From: an uncultured Actinomycetes bacterium
GTDB taxonomy: Bacteria; Actinomycetota; UBA4738; HRBIN12
Assembly (NCBI GenBank): GCA_963700855.1
Contig: CAVOYV010000005.1
Location: forward strand, 70,206-134,205
Length of the DNA stretch: 64,000 bases
Direction of reading: 5' to 3'
Under the pieces are notes generated by a model, which worked only from the letters and a program-made list of their open reading frames with translations, was not told the DNA's origin and did not search any database. The number at the start of each line of letters is the position of its first letter. Position 1 is the stretch's first letter. The position numbers were made by a program, and so were the translations under genes. Of the stretch, positions 25,161 to 36,200 are shown piece after piece.

Positions 25161-26081
25161 GTGAGCGGCACGATCAAGATCGGTACGTCGTCGTGGACCG
25201 ACCCCTCGCTCGTGAAGGAGGGAGGCTTCTACCCCACAGGAGCCAAGAGCGCCGAGGCCCGCCTGCGCTTCTACGCCTCGAGGTTCCCCCTGGTCGAGGT
25301 CGACTCCTCGTACTACTACCCGCCGAGCGAGAAGAACTCGGTCCTGTGGATCGAGCGGACCCCGCCGGACTTCACGTTCAACATCAAGGCCTACTCACTG
25401 CTCACGAACCACCCGACCCGGCCCGACTCGATCTACAAGGACCTGCAGCCGCAGCTCCCGGAGGGCAAGCGTTTCGTCTACCGGGAGCACCTGCCGGACC
25501 CGGTGGTCGAGGAGGTCTGGCAGCGGTTCCGCGACGCGCTGATGCCGCTGCACTCCGCGGGGAAGCTGGGCGCGGTGCTGTTCCAGTTCCCGCAGTGGTT
25601 CCCGATCTCGCGGCGGAACAAGGCCTACATCGAGGAGTGCGCGGCGCGGATGGGCGACATGCGGATCGCGGTCGAGTTCCGGCATCGCTCCTGGATGGAG
25701 GAACGCAACGCGGAGGAGACGTTGGCCTTCCTGGAGGAACGGCGTCTGCCCTACGTGTGCGTCGACATGCCGCAGGGGTTCGAGTCGAGCCTGCCGCCCG
25801 TGGCGGCCGCGACCGCGGACGACCTGGCGATGGTGCGGTTCCACGGACGCAACGTCGACGCGTGGGAAGTCAAGTCGGACACGGCGTCCTCGCGCTTCGC
25901 CTACGACTACCGGCAGGAGGAGCTGGCCGAGTGGGTGCCCCGGATCGAGGGGCTGGCATCGCAGGCACGCGAGACGCACGTGTTGATGAACAACTGCTAC
26001 CGGGACTTCGCGGTGCGCAACGCGCACGAGCTGGGCGACCTGCTCCACGTCGACCTCGACGAGGAGACCCGCGCGACCTGA
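25161..26081 (+). CDS. DUF72-family protein
   Basis: IKIGTSSWTDPSL...FYP...RLRFYASRFPLVEVDSSYYYPP...FTFNIKAY...LGAVLFQFPQWF is a typical DUF72 pattern. Confidence 0.85.
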   Translation: MSGTIKIGTSSWTDPSLVKEGGFYPTGAKSAEARLRFYASRFPLVEVDSSYYYPPSEKNSVLWIERTPPDFTFNIKAYSLLTNHPTRPDSIYKDLQPQLPEGKRFVYREHLPDPVVEEVWQRFRDALMPLHSAGKLGAVLFQFPQWFPISRRNKAYIEECAARMGDMRIAVEFRHRSWMEERNAEETLAFLEERRLPYVCVDMPQGFESSLPPVAAATADDLAMVRFHGRNVDAWEVKSDTASSRFAYDYRQEELAEWVPRIEGLASQARETHVLMNNCYRDFAVRNAHELGDLLHVDLDEETRAT

Positions 26082-26096
26082 GCCGGCGAGGTGGGC

Positions 26097-27497
26097 TCAG
26101 ACCGCGAGGGTGGCCTGGCCCGGGCGCACGGGCATGGAGCGACGGGAGGGGGTGGCGCCCGGGCCAGGCACGCGCACGTCGACCCGCAGCTCCAGGATCG
26201 GAGGCGGGTAGCCGGACGCGGAGAGCACCGTGGGCTCCTTCCACGGCGCGAAGATCAACGGGGCCGGAACGTCGGCGAGCTCGCGGACGTACCGGCGGAC
26301 GTAGTCGCCCGACGGATCGAACCGCTCGGCCTGGCGGACCGGGTTGAAGCTCCGGGAGCGGCGCGGGTCGGTGCCGGTGCCGGCGACCCACTGCCACCCG
26401 CCGGTGTTGTTCGCGGGATCGCCGTCGACGAGCCAGCGCATGAAGACCTTCGCCCCCTCCTGCCACGGGATCCCGAGGCGGCGGGTGAGGAAGCTCGCGA
26501 CCACCATCCGTGCGCGGTTGTGGATCCAGCCCTCGCGCCGGAGCTGCCGCATCCCGGCGTCGACGAGCGGGACGCCGGTCGTGCCCGCCTCCCAGCGGGA
26601 AAGGAGATCGGCCGCGTCGGCGGGCAGCGGAGGGACGTCGGGCGGCGACTCCCGGTAGTCGCGCCAGGCGAGGGTCGGGTCGTGCGCGAGCAGCTGCCCG
26701 AAGAAGTCGCGCCAGGCGAGCTGGCGGACGAGCTCCGCGGCGCCTCCCCCGACCGCGCCGGCTCGGGCGACGACCTCGTTCGCCGAGACGCTCCCGAACC
26801 GCAGGTACGGAGACAGCCGCGAGGTGGCGTCGGCCGCAAGGTCGTTGCGGAGATCGGCGTAGTCTCCAGCGTCGCCGTCGAGGTACGCGGCGAGGTGCGT
26901 GCGGGCGTTGGACTCACCTCCCGGCGGCAGGTCGATCGACTCAGGGGACACCGTCGAGGGGTCGACGGGAGGGCCCGGATCGAACGAGGCCGGGAGGCTC
27001 ACGCGCTCGGGCGCGGGCAGCACGCCACGGCGGGGCGCCTGCGCCCACGACCGGTGGTACGGCGTGAACACCGAGTAGACGTCCTTGCCGGCGGGGAGCA
27101 CCTCGCCGGGCTCGACCACCGCGGTGCCGGGGTGGACGTGCAAGGTCACACGACGCACGGCGAGCGCCTCGCGGAGCGCCTCCTCGCGCCGTCGCGCGGT
27201 GACGCTGACGTCGGACGTCAGGTGGACCGACGTCGCGCCCGTCTCATCGACGACCCGAAGGACCGCGGCGACGACCTCTCCCCGTCGGGTGGCGAGCCGG
27301 CCGCCGCGCTGCTGGAGCGACCGGTCGAGGTCGGCGAGCGACTCCATCAGGAACCGGGCTCGGTTCGGCGAGATCGCGAGCATCGCGGGGTCGACGACGA
27401 ACAGCGGGACGACCTCGCCGCCCTCCGCCACGGCGGCGGTGAGGGCGGGGTGATCGTGGACCCGCAGGTCACGCGTGAACAGCACGACCGCGGTCAT
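26097..27497 (-). CDS. phr: Deoxyribodipyrimidine photolyase (cryptochrome/photolyase family)
   Basis: VVLFTRDLRVHDHPAL, TSRLSPYLRFGSVS, WRDFF, TGVPLVDAGMRQL..EGWIHNRARMVVASFL, DGDPANNTGGWQWVAGTG. Confidence 0.9.
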   Translation of the reverse strand: MTAVVLFTRDLRVHDHPALTAAVAEGGEVVPLFVVDPAMLAISPNRARFLMESLADLDRSLQQRGGRLATRRGEVVAAVLRVVDETGATSVHLTSDVSVTARRREEALREALAVRRVTLHVHPGTAVVEPGEVLPAGKDVYSVFTPYHRSWAQAPRRGVLPAPERVSLPASFDPGPPVDPSTVSPESIDLPPGGESNARTHLAAYLDGDAGDYADLRNDLAADATSRLSPYLRFGSVSANEVVARAGAVGGGAAELVRQLAWRDFFGQLLAHDPTLAWRDYRESPPDVPPLPADAADLLSRWEAGTTGVPLVDAGMRQLRREGWIHNRARMVVASFLTRRLGIPWQEGAKVFMRWLVDGDPANNTGGWQWVAGTGTDPRRSRSFNPVRQAERFDPSGDYVRRYVRELADVPAPLIFAPWKEPTVLSASGYPPPILELRVDVRVPGPGATPSRRSMPVRPGQATLAV

Positions 27498-27563
27498 GGA
27501 CCCAGGGTAGGACCGCGGGGGTGGCTCCGAGGGATCAGAACCTCTGCGCTTGCCGGCAGGTGG

Positions 27564-28601
27564 TCACGGTGTGCACGAACCAGCCGGGGTCAGGACGCTC
27601 GTGCCCTCGACCCCAGGTCCCGAGCACTCGATCACCGCGACCTGCGCGGGAGCCTGGTCGTCGGGTGCCGTGCTCATCTGGACCTCGACGGGAAGCATCG
27701 TGACCCACGGGAACTCGATCGCGGCCGCCTCGAGGAGCGGATCGCCGGTCGGCACCGTCGTGTCGTCCATCGCGTAGACGAACAGGTAGCCGGCGCCGAC
27801 CTCGCCGCACGACGGGTCCTCCACCTCCGCGGCAGGAACCTGCAGCGACGAGGTCCCGCTCTGCAGGGCGAGGGCGAACTCGGACGTCTCACGGCAGCCG
27901 TTCGAGGCGACCAGCCCTGCGTGCGCGGAACGGCCCTCGGGGAGCGTGAGCTCGAAGCCGACCTGCGAGCCTGCGAGGAGGGCGGGTGACATCCCGAGGG
28001 GCGAGCGGGTCTGCAGATCCTCGCTGGTCACCGACACCACGCTCCAGACACCGCCGTCGCCGCCCTCGCCCGGCTGGTCGACGACCAGGGTCAGGGACGG
28101 CCGCCGTTCACAGGCCGCGTTGCCCGGGCAGGGTGGCGCGGCGACGAAGACCCGGCCCTCGGCGAGCGCGTCGATCTCGTCGACCCGAGGGTCATCCCAC
28201 GCGAGGACGGTCGCCAGGAAGCGCCGAACCACCTGCTCAGGGTCGAGTCGCCACTCGACGGCAGGGGTTCCTGCATCGACCGCGTCCTGCACGCTCGCCA
28301 GGAGCTCGCGATCGCCCGGCCGTGCCCAGTTCTCGGGCCACAGGTAGGGCGTTGCGGGCAGCTCCCACGCCGCCGCGCCGGTCGGGCTCTCGCCCGGCGT
28401 CGGCTCCGTTCCCCCGTCCCCGATCGTGTTCACGATGACGAGCCCACCGGCGATCGCGACCGACAACCCGACCACGAGTGCGCTCCTCGCGCGGCGTCGG
28501 TTCCGGCGGTCACGGGCATGCCGTAGCCGCTCGATCGCGTCCGTGGACTCAGGTGCCCGCTCCCCCAGCCGCTCCAGCCTGCTCTTCAGCTCATCGGTCA
28601 T
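27564..28601 (-). CDS. Membrane-anchored protein downstream of an ECF sigma factor (putative anti-sigma factor)
   Basis: Overlaps the sigma-factor stop by 11 nt. It has a short cytoplasmic N-terminus, a single TM helix (ALVVGLSVAIAGGLVIV), and a roughly 280-aa Cys-containing extracytoplasmic domain. Confidence 0.5.
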   Translation of the reverse strand: MTDELKSRLERLGERAPESTDAIERLRHARDRRNRRRARSALVVGLSVAIAGGLVIVNTIGDGGTEPTPGESPTGAAAWELPATPYLWPENWARPGDRELLASVQDAVDAGTPAVEWRLDPEQVVRRFLATVLAWDDPRVDEIDALAEGRVFVAAPPCPGNAACERRPSLTLVVDQPGEGGDGGVWSVVSVTSEDLQTRSPLGMSPALLAGSQVGFELTLPEGRSAHAGLVASNGCRETSEFALALQSGTSSLQVPAAEVEDPSCGEVGAGYLFVYAMDDTTVPTGDPLLEAAAIEFPWVTMLPVEVQMSTAPDDQAPAQVAVIECSGPGVEGTSVLTPAGSCTP

Positions 28602-29103
28602 CGTCGGCCTCCAGCGCCTCGCGGAGCCGCGCCCGCCCGTCCTGGGCGAGCCGGCGAACGGTCACGTCACGGACCCCCATCGCGGTCCCGGCCTCGGCCG
28701 ATCCGTAGCCCAGCAGCTCGGTCAGCACGACCGCCTGACGCTGGCGGAACGTCAGGGTCGCGAGCGCTCTGGCCACCGCGTCGCGCTCGTCGGCCTCGGC
28801 GAACAGATCGCCGCCGTTCGCCAGCCCGACCGCGCGCCTCGCGGCCCGGGTGGCGCGTCGCAACGCGCTCCGGTGCCGGTTCATCGCGGTCCGGTACAGG
28901 TAGCCGGTCGGATCGGCCATCGACGCGACCCGGTCCCAGCGCTCCCACACGGCGATGAACGTGTCCTGGAGCAGCTCCTCGGCCTCTTCGGGGTTCCCGG
29001 TCAGGACCACGAGCGCACGCAGCAACCGGGCTCGCTCGGCTTCGAAGAACGCCTCGAACGCGAGCGGTTCGGTCACCGCGGGTGCCGCCGTGGTCGTGTC
29101 CAT
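28591..29103 (-). CDS. ECF (group IV) sigma-70 family factor
   Basis: The start MDTTTAAPAV is at 29103. Region 2 is EEAEELLQDTFIAVWERW...YLYRTAMN. Region 4 is LTFRQRQAVVLTELLGYGSAEAGTAMGVRDVTVRRLAQDGRARL. Confidence 0.8.
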   Translation of the reverse strand: MDTTTAAPAVTEPLAFEAFFEAERARLLRALVVLTGNPEEAEELLQDTFIAVWERWDRVASMADPTGYLYRTAMNRHRSALRRATRAARRAVGLANGGDLFAEADERDAVARALATLTFRQRQAVVLTELLGYGSAEAGTAMGVRDVTVRRLAQDGRARLREALEADDDR

Positions 29104-29179
29104 CCCCCCATGAACGCCGAACCTACCCGCAGCGTTCATCCACCGCCCCGATCTCGGGCGCCCGGGTACGCTCGGAACC

Positions 29180-30325
29180 ATGCTGATGGGGGGACGTCGG
29201 TACAGGGTCGCGACGGTTCGGGGCATCCCGCTGTTCGTCGACGCGGGATGGCTCCTGATCGCCGTCCTCTACGTGACGCTGCAGTACCTGGGCCTGTCCG
29301 GCTCGGCCTGGCGGCCGACCGACGGCGAGGCGATGGCGCTCGCGGCGCTCAGCTTCGTCCTGTTCTTCGGCGGGGTGCTCATCCACGAGAGCGCGCACGC
29401 CGTGGTCGCGCGCGGGTTCGACCTCCCGGTCGCCGGGATCACCTTCGTCTTCTGGGGAGGGGCGACGGAGACGCGTGCCGATGCGAAGGGGCCGCTCGTC
29501 GAGTTCCTGGTGGCCGCCGCAGGCCCGGTGAGCACGCTGCTGCTGGCCGCGGGGTTCACGATCGCGCACACGGCGATGGAGCCGAGCCTCGCGCGCGAGG
29601 TCGTCGGGCAGCTCGCACGGCTCAACCTCCTGTTCGCCGGTCTCAACGCCCTGCCGGGGTTCCCGCTCGACGGCGGCCGGGTGCTGCTGGCCACGGCCTG
29701 GGGGATCACCCGGAGCCGGCGGACGGGACTGCGGGTCGCCGGCTGGGGCGGCCTCCTCGTCGGCGCCGGGTTCCTCGCCCTCGCGGCGAACGCCGTCGTG
29801 AACGGCGGCGACATCGGCGGGGCGTTCTTCTTCGGATACCTGGGGGCGGTGCTCCTGGCGACCGGCCGTTCGATGTCGCAGCGGATCGACCTGCGCGACC
29901 GCCTGGTCGCCGGCACGGTCGCCGACGCGATGCGGCCGTCGCCCCCCGCGATCCCGGCGTCGACGAGCCTGTCCCACGCCCTCGATCTGGGGCTGCGCGA
30001 GCGTCCGACCCAGGCGTTCCCGGTGGTCGACGCGGGCCGGGTCGTCGGGACGGTCTCGTTCGAGGGCGCCCGGAAGGTCGGCGGACGCGACCCGCTGCGG
30101 CCGGTGCGCGACGCGATGACCCCGATCAACCAGACCCCGACGCTCGCGCCGACCGACACGCTGGACGATGCGTTCGAGTGGCTGGGCGGGCGCGAGGCGA
30201 TGGTCCTGCGCGACGGGGCGCTCGTGGGGGTCCTGGGACCCCCCGACGTCGAGCGCTGGTACCGGCAACGCTTCGAGGCACGCGCGTCCGAGCCGGGCGG
30301 CGCGCCGCCGAGGCCGGACCTTTGA
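29180..30325 (+). CDS. M50-family (site-2 protease-like) membrane metalloprotease with a C-terminal CBS pair
   Basis: HESAH zinc motif, NLLFAGLNALPGFPLDGGRVL (NxxPxxxLDG), then two CBS-like repeats (VADAMRPSPPAI...FPVVDAGRVVG and VRDAMTPINQ...AMVLRDGALVG). Confidence 0.85.
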   Translation: MLMGGRRYRVATVRGIPLFVDAGWLLIAVLYVTLQYLGLSGSAWRPTDGEAMALAALSFVLFFGGVLIHESAHAVVARGFDLPVAGITFVFWGGATETRADAKGPLVEFLVAAAGPVSTLLLAAGFTIAHTAMEPSLAREVVGQLARLNLLFAGLNALPGFPLDGGRVLLATAWGITRSRRTGLRVAGWGGLLVGAGFLALAANAVVNGGDIGGAFFFGYLGAVLLATGRSMSQRIDLRDRLVAGTVADAMRPSPPAIPASTSLSHALDLGLRERPTQAFPVVDAGRVVGTVSFEGARKVGGRDPLRPVRDAMTPINQTPTLAPTDTLDDAFEWLGGREAMVLRDGALVGVLGPPDVERWYRQRFEARASEPGGAPPRPDL

Positions 30326-33244
30326 GTGTCATCCCCGACCGGTAGCATCCGAGTCGTGGCGGCCCCGCCCTTCTCCCCCGACGACGCGCAACGGCAGGTC
30401 CTCGAGCATCGCGCCGGACCCCTGCTGGTGACCGGCGCGGCCGGCTCGGGCAAGACCGCCGTGCTCCGTGAGCGGTTCGCGCAGCTGCTCGAGGGCGGTG
30501 CCGACCCCGAGCGGACCGTGCTCGTGGTCGGCTCGATCCGGGCGCGCAACGACGCTCGCACGTTCCTGCTCGACCGCCTGTCGGCGTCGCTCCCGGGGCT
30601 GCAGGTCCTGACCGTCCACGGGCTCGCGCACCGCGTGCTCAAGGAGCGGTTCGCGGCGATCGGTTACGCCGAACCGCCCGAGGTCTGGTCGGCCGCCGAA
30701 CAGTTCGCGAAGGTCAGGGAGCTGCTCGACGGGCAGGACCCCGCCGACTGGCCCGCCTACGGGCACCTGTTGTCGATGCGGGGGTTCGCCGACGAGGTCC
30801 GCGGCTTCCTGCTCCGCGCCCAGGAGGACCTGCGCACCCCCGAGTGGATCGACGAGGCTGCGACCACCCGTGGGCTCGCCGGCTGGCATGAGCTCGCCCG
30901 GTTCCTCCGCGAGTACCAGCAGGTCCTGGACGATCTGAACGCGGTCGACTTCGCCGCGCTCGTCCAGCGAGCGGGGGCCGCCCTGGAGCACGACCCCTCG
31001 CCGATCGTCGACCACGTGCTGGTCGACGACTTCCAGGACACGACGCTCGCCGCCGAGGCGCTGCTGCGTGGCCTGGGCGCGGACGACGTGGGCGTGGCCG
31101 CGAACCCGGACGCCCACGTCTTCTCCTTCCAGGGGACGACCCGCGTCCCGCTCGAGCGGTTCGCGACCGAGAGCTTCCCGGGGGCCGACACGGTCGAACT
31201 GACGACGCCGCACCGTCCCGCGATCGCGCCCGCCGTCGACGCGTGGGTCGCGCCCCACACCTCCGAGGAGCACACCACGATCGCCCGCGAGCTCCGGCGC
31301 CTGCACGTCGACGAGGAGGTCCCGTGGTCGGGGCTCGCGGTCGTGGTGCGGCGCCAGGGACCGCACGTCGCCGGGCTGCTGCGCGCGCTCGACGACGCCG
31401 GCGTCCCGCGTGCCGTCCCCGAGCGCGGACTGTCCCTCGTGTCGCAGCCGGCGACGATCCCCTACGTCCTGGCGCTGCGGTGGCTGGTCGCCGACCCCGC
31501 GGCGCGCGACGAGCTGATCGAGTCGCTGCTCACCTCCGACGTCGTCGGGCTGTCCCCCGCGGCGGCGCGCGGCCTGATCAGGCTGACGAAGTCGACCGGG
31601 CCGGGGCCGCGCGCCGCGGGGAACGCCCTGGAGCGCACCGACGGCCTGAGCCCCGAGGAGGCCGCGTCGGTCGAGGCCGCGCGCGAGACGCTCGACAAGG
31701 CCGCGTTGTTCGCGGGGATGTCGGTCCAAGACGCGTTCAAGGTCCTGTGGGAGGAGCTGCCGTGTTCGTCCCGGCTGGTCGCCGAGGGCGGTCCCGAGCT
31801 CGACGTCGTCGTCACGTTCGCGAACGTGATCTCCGAGGCCAGCGAGCAGGGCGACGCGAGCGTCCAGGCGTTCCTCGAGGCGCTCGACGCCGGCGAGCAC
31901 GGTCCGGGCTGGGCGGCGCGCGAGGCCGGCGGCGCCGACGCCGTGCAGGTGCTGACCGCCCACGGCGCCGCCGGCCTGGAGTTCGACACCGTGATCGTGT
32001 CCGGCGCCGCCGAGGGGAGCTTCCCCTCGCTCCATCGCCCCGAGCCGATGTTCGACCTGGCCGTCCTGACGCACCCGCGCAGCCGCTCGGAGCACCTGCG
32101 TGAACGACTCCAGGACGAGCGACGGTTGTTCCGTCTGGTCCTCGGACGCGCGCGCCGCCGGGTCCTGCTCGTGGCCGCCGACACCCACCCCGACGTCGAC
32201 GAGCTCGCCCAGCGGTCGCGCTTCGTCGACGAGCTCGACGGGGTCGTCTGGCGACCGGCCCCCGGTTCGGCGCCCGACGATCCCGTGAGCGTCAGGGAGG
32301 CCGCCACCCTGTGGCGGCGCGAGCTCGCCGATCCGCAGGCCGACGCGTGGCGCCGGCTCGCGGCGCTCGACGGGCTCCACGCGCTCGGCGTCGACCCTGC
32401 CCGATGGTGGTTCACGCTCGACTGGACCGAGACCGGCCGGCCGCTGCACGAGACCCTCCGGCTGTCGTTCTCCCGACTGAGCACGCTCGACAACTGTGAG
32501 CTCGAACACGTCCTGGGCGACGAGCTCGGGCTCGGACGTCGTGCCGGCTACCAGGCGTGGGTCGGCAAGCTCGTCCACGCGATCGTCGAGGACGTCGACA
32601 CCGGGAGGATCGGCAACACGAAAGCAGAGATCCTCGACGAGGTCGCCCGGCGCTGGCGCGAACAGGAGTTCCCCTCGAGGGCCGTGGCCCACGCCTACCG
32701 CACGCTCGTCGAGACGAAGATGCTCCCGAACTGGTGGCACGGGTACGGCGAGGGGCAGTCGCTCGCGAACGAGCGGTTCTTCGAGTTCGAGTTCGACGGC
32801 GCGACGATCGTCGGGGTGATCGACCGGATCGGGCTCGCGAGCGGTGGCACCCGGATCACCGACTTCAAGACGGGCAACCCCGACAACGGGCCGAAGGCCG
32901 AGGACAGCCTCCAGCTCGGCATCTACTACCTCGCGGTCCAGGAGTGCGAGGACCTCGCCGAGTTCCGCCCCGTGAAGGCAGTGGAGCTCGCGTACGTGAA
33001 GGGCCACTGGAAGACCGGCGACCTGGTCACGAAGGCCTGGGCGGTCACGGATCCGCGCGCCGAGCCGTACCAGGAGCGGATGAAGGCCGAGCTGAGCCGT
33101 CTGATCGCGAAGAAGAAGGAGCTGATCGCCTCGGAGGTCTACCGGCCGAACCCGGCCGCAGACTGCCACTGGTGCGAGTTCCGCTCGCTCTGTCCGTTGT
33201 GGCCCGAAGGGCAGCCGCTGTTCGACCCGGAGGTCGTCCGATGA
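30326..33244 (+). CDS. adnA: AdnA-like helicase-nuclease subunit (UvrD-like motor plus C-terminal RecB-type nuclease with a Cys cluster)
   Basis: LLVTGAAGSGKTAV, VLVDDFQDT, TAHGAAGLEFDTVIV, C-terminal GVIDRI...TDFKTG and CHWCEFRSLCPLW. Translationally coupled (ATGA) to the following paralogous gene, as in mycobacterial adnAB. The start could instead be the GTG at 30356. Confidence 0.8.
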   Translation: MSSPTGSIRVVAAPPFSPDDAQRQVLEHRAGPLLVTGAAGSGKTAVLRERFAQLLEGGADPERTVLVVGSIRARNDARTFLLDRLSASLPGLQVLTVHGLAHRVLKERFAAIGYAEPPEVWSAAEQFAKVRELLDGQDPADWPAYGHLLSMRGFADEVRGFLLRAQEDLRTPEWIDEAATTRGLAGWHELARFLREYQQVLDDLNAVDFAALVQRAGAALEHDPSPIVDHVLVDDFQDTTLAAEALLRGLGADDVGVAANPDAHVFSFQGTTRVPLERFATESFPGADTVELTTPHRPAIAPAVDAWVAPHTSEEHTTIARELRRLHVDEEVPWSGLAVVVRRQGPHVAGLLRALDDAGVPRAVPERGLSLVSQPATIPYVLALRWLVADPAARDELIESLLTSDVVGLSPAAARGLIRLTKSTGPGPRAAGNALERTDGLSPEEAASVEAARETLDKAALFAGMSVQDAFKVLWEELPCSSRLVAEGGPELDVVVTFANVISEASEQGDASVQAFLEALDAGEHGPGWAAREAGGADAVQVLTAHGAAGLEFDTVIVSGAAEGSFPSLHRPEPMFDLAVLTHPRSRSEHLRERLQDERRLFRLVLGRARRRVLLVAADTHPDVDELAQRSRFVDELDGVVWRPAPGSAPDDPVSVREAATLWRRELADPQADAWRRLAALDGLHALGVDPARWWFTLDWTETGRPLHETLRLSFSRLSTLDNCELEHVLGDELGLGRRAGYQAWVGKLVHAIVEDVDTGRIGNTKAEILDEVARRWREQEFPSRAVAHAYRTLVETKMLPNWWHGYGEGQSLANERFFEFEFDGATIVGVIDRIGLASGGTRITDFKTGNPDNGPKAEDSLQLGIYYLAVQECEDLAEFRPVKAVELAYVKGHWKTGDLVTKAWAVTDPRAEPYQERMKAELSRLIAKKKELIASEVYRPNPAADCHWCEFRSLCPLWPEGQPLFDPEVVR

Positions 33245-36200
33245 GCCTGCCGACCACCGTCGCACCCGAGATCGTCGACGCGCTCGGCGCGATACCGACC
33301 GAGGAGCAGTGGACCGCGATCGCGTGGCCGCTCGAACCCAACGTGCTCGTGGCCGGAGCCGGCTCGGGCAAGACGTCGGTGATGGCCGCGAGGGTCGTCT
33401 ACCTGGCGCTGGCCGCGCTCGAGCGGATCGACGCGCCGGGCGTGATGCCCGGCAACGTCCTGTGTCTCACCTTCACGAACAAGGCGACCGAGAACCTGCG
33501 GGTCCGGGTCCGCCGCGCTCTGTCGGCCCTTGCCATGCCCGAGGGTGAGGAACCCGAGATCGCCAACTACCACGGGTTCGCCGCCGGTCTGCTGGACAGG
33601 TACGGGGTGCTCGCCGGGTACGAGCCGGGAGCCAGGGTGCTCTCGCAGGCGCAGCGTGAGGAGCTGTGCGGTCGTGTGCTCGACACGATGACCTTCGAGG
33701 TCGCGAAGGCCACCTATCAGCCCTCGCTCGTGGCGAAGATCCTCGAGCTCGACGATCAGATGCAGAACCACCGGGTGTCGCCGACCGACGCGCTGGCGTG
33801 GCTCGACGCTCGGCTCGAGCAGCTGAAGGGCCACCGCTCCGATCGCTCGTACCTGGCGGCTGAGGAACGGATCGAGCTCACACGGGCGGCCGCCGGCTAC
33901 CGGGAGCTGAAGCGCGAGCTGGGGGTGATCGACTTCGGCGACCAGATCGACCGCGCGATCGACGTCATCGGCCGTCACCCCGAGATCGTCGCCGACCACC
34001 GCGCTCGCTTCCAGGCCGTGCTGCTCGACGAGTACCAGGACACGAACGTCGCCCAGGCCGAGCTGATGGAACTGCTCTTCGGCGACGGCCATCCGGTGAC
34101 CGCGGTCGGCGACCCCGATCAGAACATCTACGCGTGGCGTGGGGCGTCGCTCTACAACCTGTTCCGGTTCCCGACGTCGTTCGCCCGAACAGGCGGTCAG
34201 GCCGCCGCCCGTCTTCCCCTCTTCACGAACTTCCGTTCGGGGGCGCGGATCCTCGCGGCCGCCGACGCGATCATCGGGCAGGTGCCGGTCGACCAACGGC
34301 CCGACCCCGACAAACAGCTGCGCCCGCACCCGCCGAACGGCGAGGGCGAGGTTCGGATCGCCCGCGTGATGGACGAGTGGTCCGAGGCCACGGCGATCGC
34401 CGCGCGTGCCGTCGAGCTGCACGACGCTGGCTCGCCGTGGTCGGAGATGGCGGTGCTGTGCCGGACCTCGCGGCTGTTCGGGCTCCTGCGGCGTGCCTTC
34501 GACGAGCGCGGCGTCCCGGTCGAGATCCTCGGGCTCGCCGGGCTCCTCAAGCAGCCCGAGGTGATGGAGGTCCTCGCCTACGCTCGCGCGGTCCAGGACC
34601 CCACCGCCAGCGCCGCGCTCGCTCGGATCGCGATGGGTCCCCGGTACCGGGTCGGCTTCAAGGACCTCGCGCTCGTCGCGCGCCTCGCCACCGTGCAGAC
34701 GAGACGTCTGAAGGAGGACTACGAGCTCTCCGAGGACGACGCCGAGGCCGAGCCGTTCCTGCTCGCCGAGGCGCTGGAGCGGCTCGACGAGATCGAGGGG
34801 CTCTCGCCCGAGGCCCTCGAACGTCTCGGGGCGTTCCGCGACGAGCTCCGTGAGCTGAGGGCCGAGGCCCGGCGCCCGGTCGGGGAGTTCCTGTCCGAGG
34901 TCATGCGGCGGATCGGCATCCTGGAGGAGCTCGACGCCGAGCTCGACCTGGAACACGGTGCCACCGCGCGCCGGAACCTCGCGGCGTTCCTGGATGAGGT
35001 CCACGGCTTCGCACCGGTGCAGGGCGAGCTGACGCTGCGGGCGTTCCTCGACTACGTCGAGGCCGTCGAGAAACTCGACAAGCAGGAGTGGGCGCCGGTC
35101 CAGCCCTCGGACGCCGATTCGGTCAAGGTCATGACGATCCACGTCGCGAAGGGTCTCGAGTTCGACCACGTCTTCGTCCCCGGGTTCGCCCACGGCACCC
35201 TGCCGAACCCCGCGATCCCGCAGAACCCGGCGGAGCGTGGCAAGTCGCTCGACTTCGAGCTCCGGGGCGACGCCGACATCTTGCCCCGGTACGACGGCAA
35301 CCTCTCCCGTTTCCGCGACGCGCTGAGAGCCCAGGAGATCGTCGAGGAGCGCCGGACGGCGTACGTGGCGCTCACCCGGGCCCGCAGGACCCTCCAGATC
35401 AGCGGGGCCTTCTGGTACGGCGACAACGCCTGGCCGAAGAAGCCGAGCGCGTTCCTCGACGAGCTCCTCGACTGGGGGGAGTCGTCGGGCCTCGCGACCG
35501 TCGCGCGCGGACCCGCCGAGGCGGGCGAACTGAACCCGATGCTCGGTCTGCGCCAGCGGTTCGTCCGCGATTGGCCGGGCCCGGCGTTCCCCACCGCCCC
35601 GGATCCGATGTTCCCCGAGGGCTGGCGTGCAGCGGCACGCGACGGCGTCCTCCAGCCGACGCTCCTGGCGGCTCTCGGCCAGACCGAGCGCGCAGCGTTC
35701 GACGCGCTCGCGTCGGATCGGCGCCGCCAAGCCGCCCACCTGCTCGACCGCGAGAGGACCGACGCGCAGGCACCACCTCCCCGTGTGCCGGCGACCCTGT
35801 CGGCGAGCGCGCTCGTTGACCACGCGACCTGTCCGAAGCGCTTCTACTGGACGACCGTGCGTCCGCTCCCACGCTTCAGCGGCCCGGCCGCCCGGATCGG
35901 CACCGACATCCACCGGTGGATCGAGCGCCGGGCCAGCGGACAGGGACAGCTGCTCGAGACCGACGACACCGTCGACCTGACCCACGAGGAGCTCGTGGGG
36001 GACCCGGGGCGGATCGAGCGGCTGCGTCAGGCGTTCCTCTCCTCGCCGTACGCGGATCGCACGCCCCTGTTCGCCGAGCGTGCGTTCCTGCTTCGCATGG
36101 CGGGGTTCGCCGTGGGCGGCCGGATCGACGCGATCTTCGGCGAGCCCGACGGACCGTGGGAGGTGGTCGACTGGAAGACCGGCTCGTCGGAGGCCGACCC

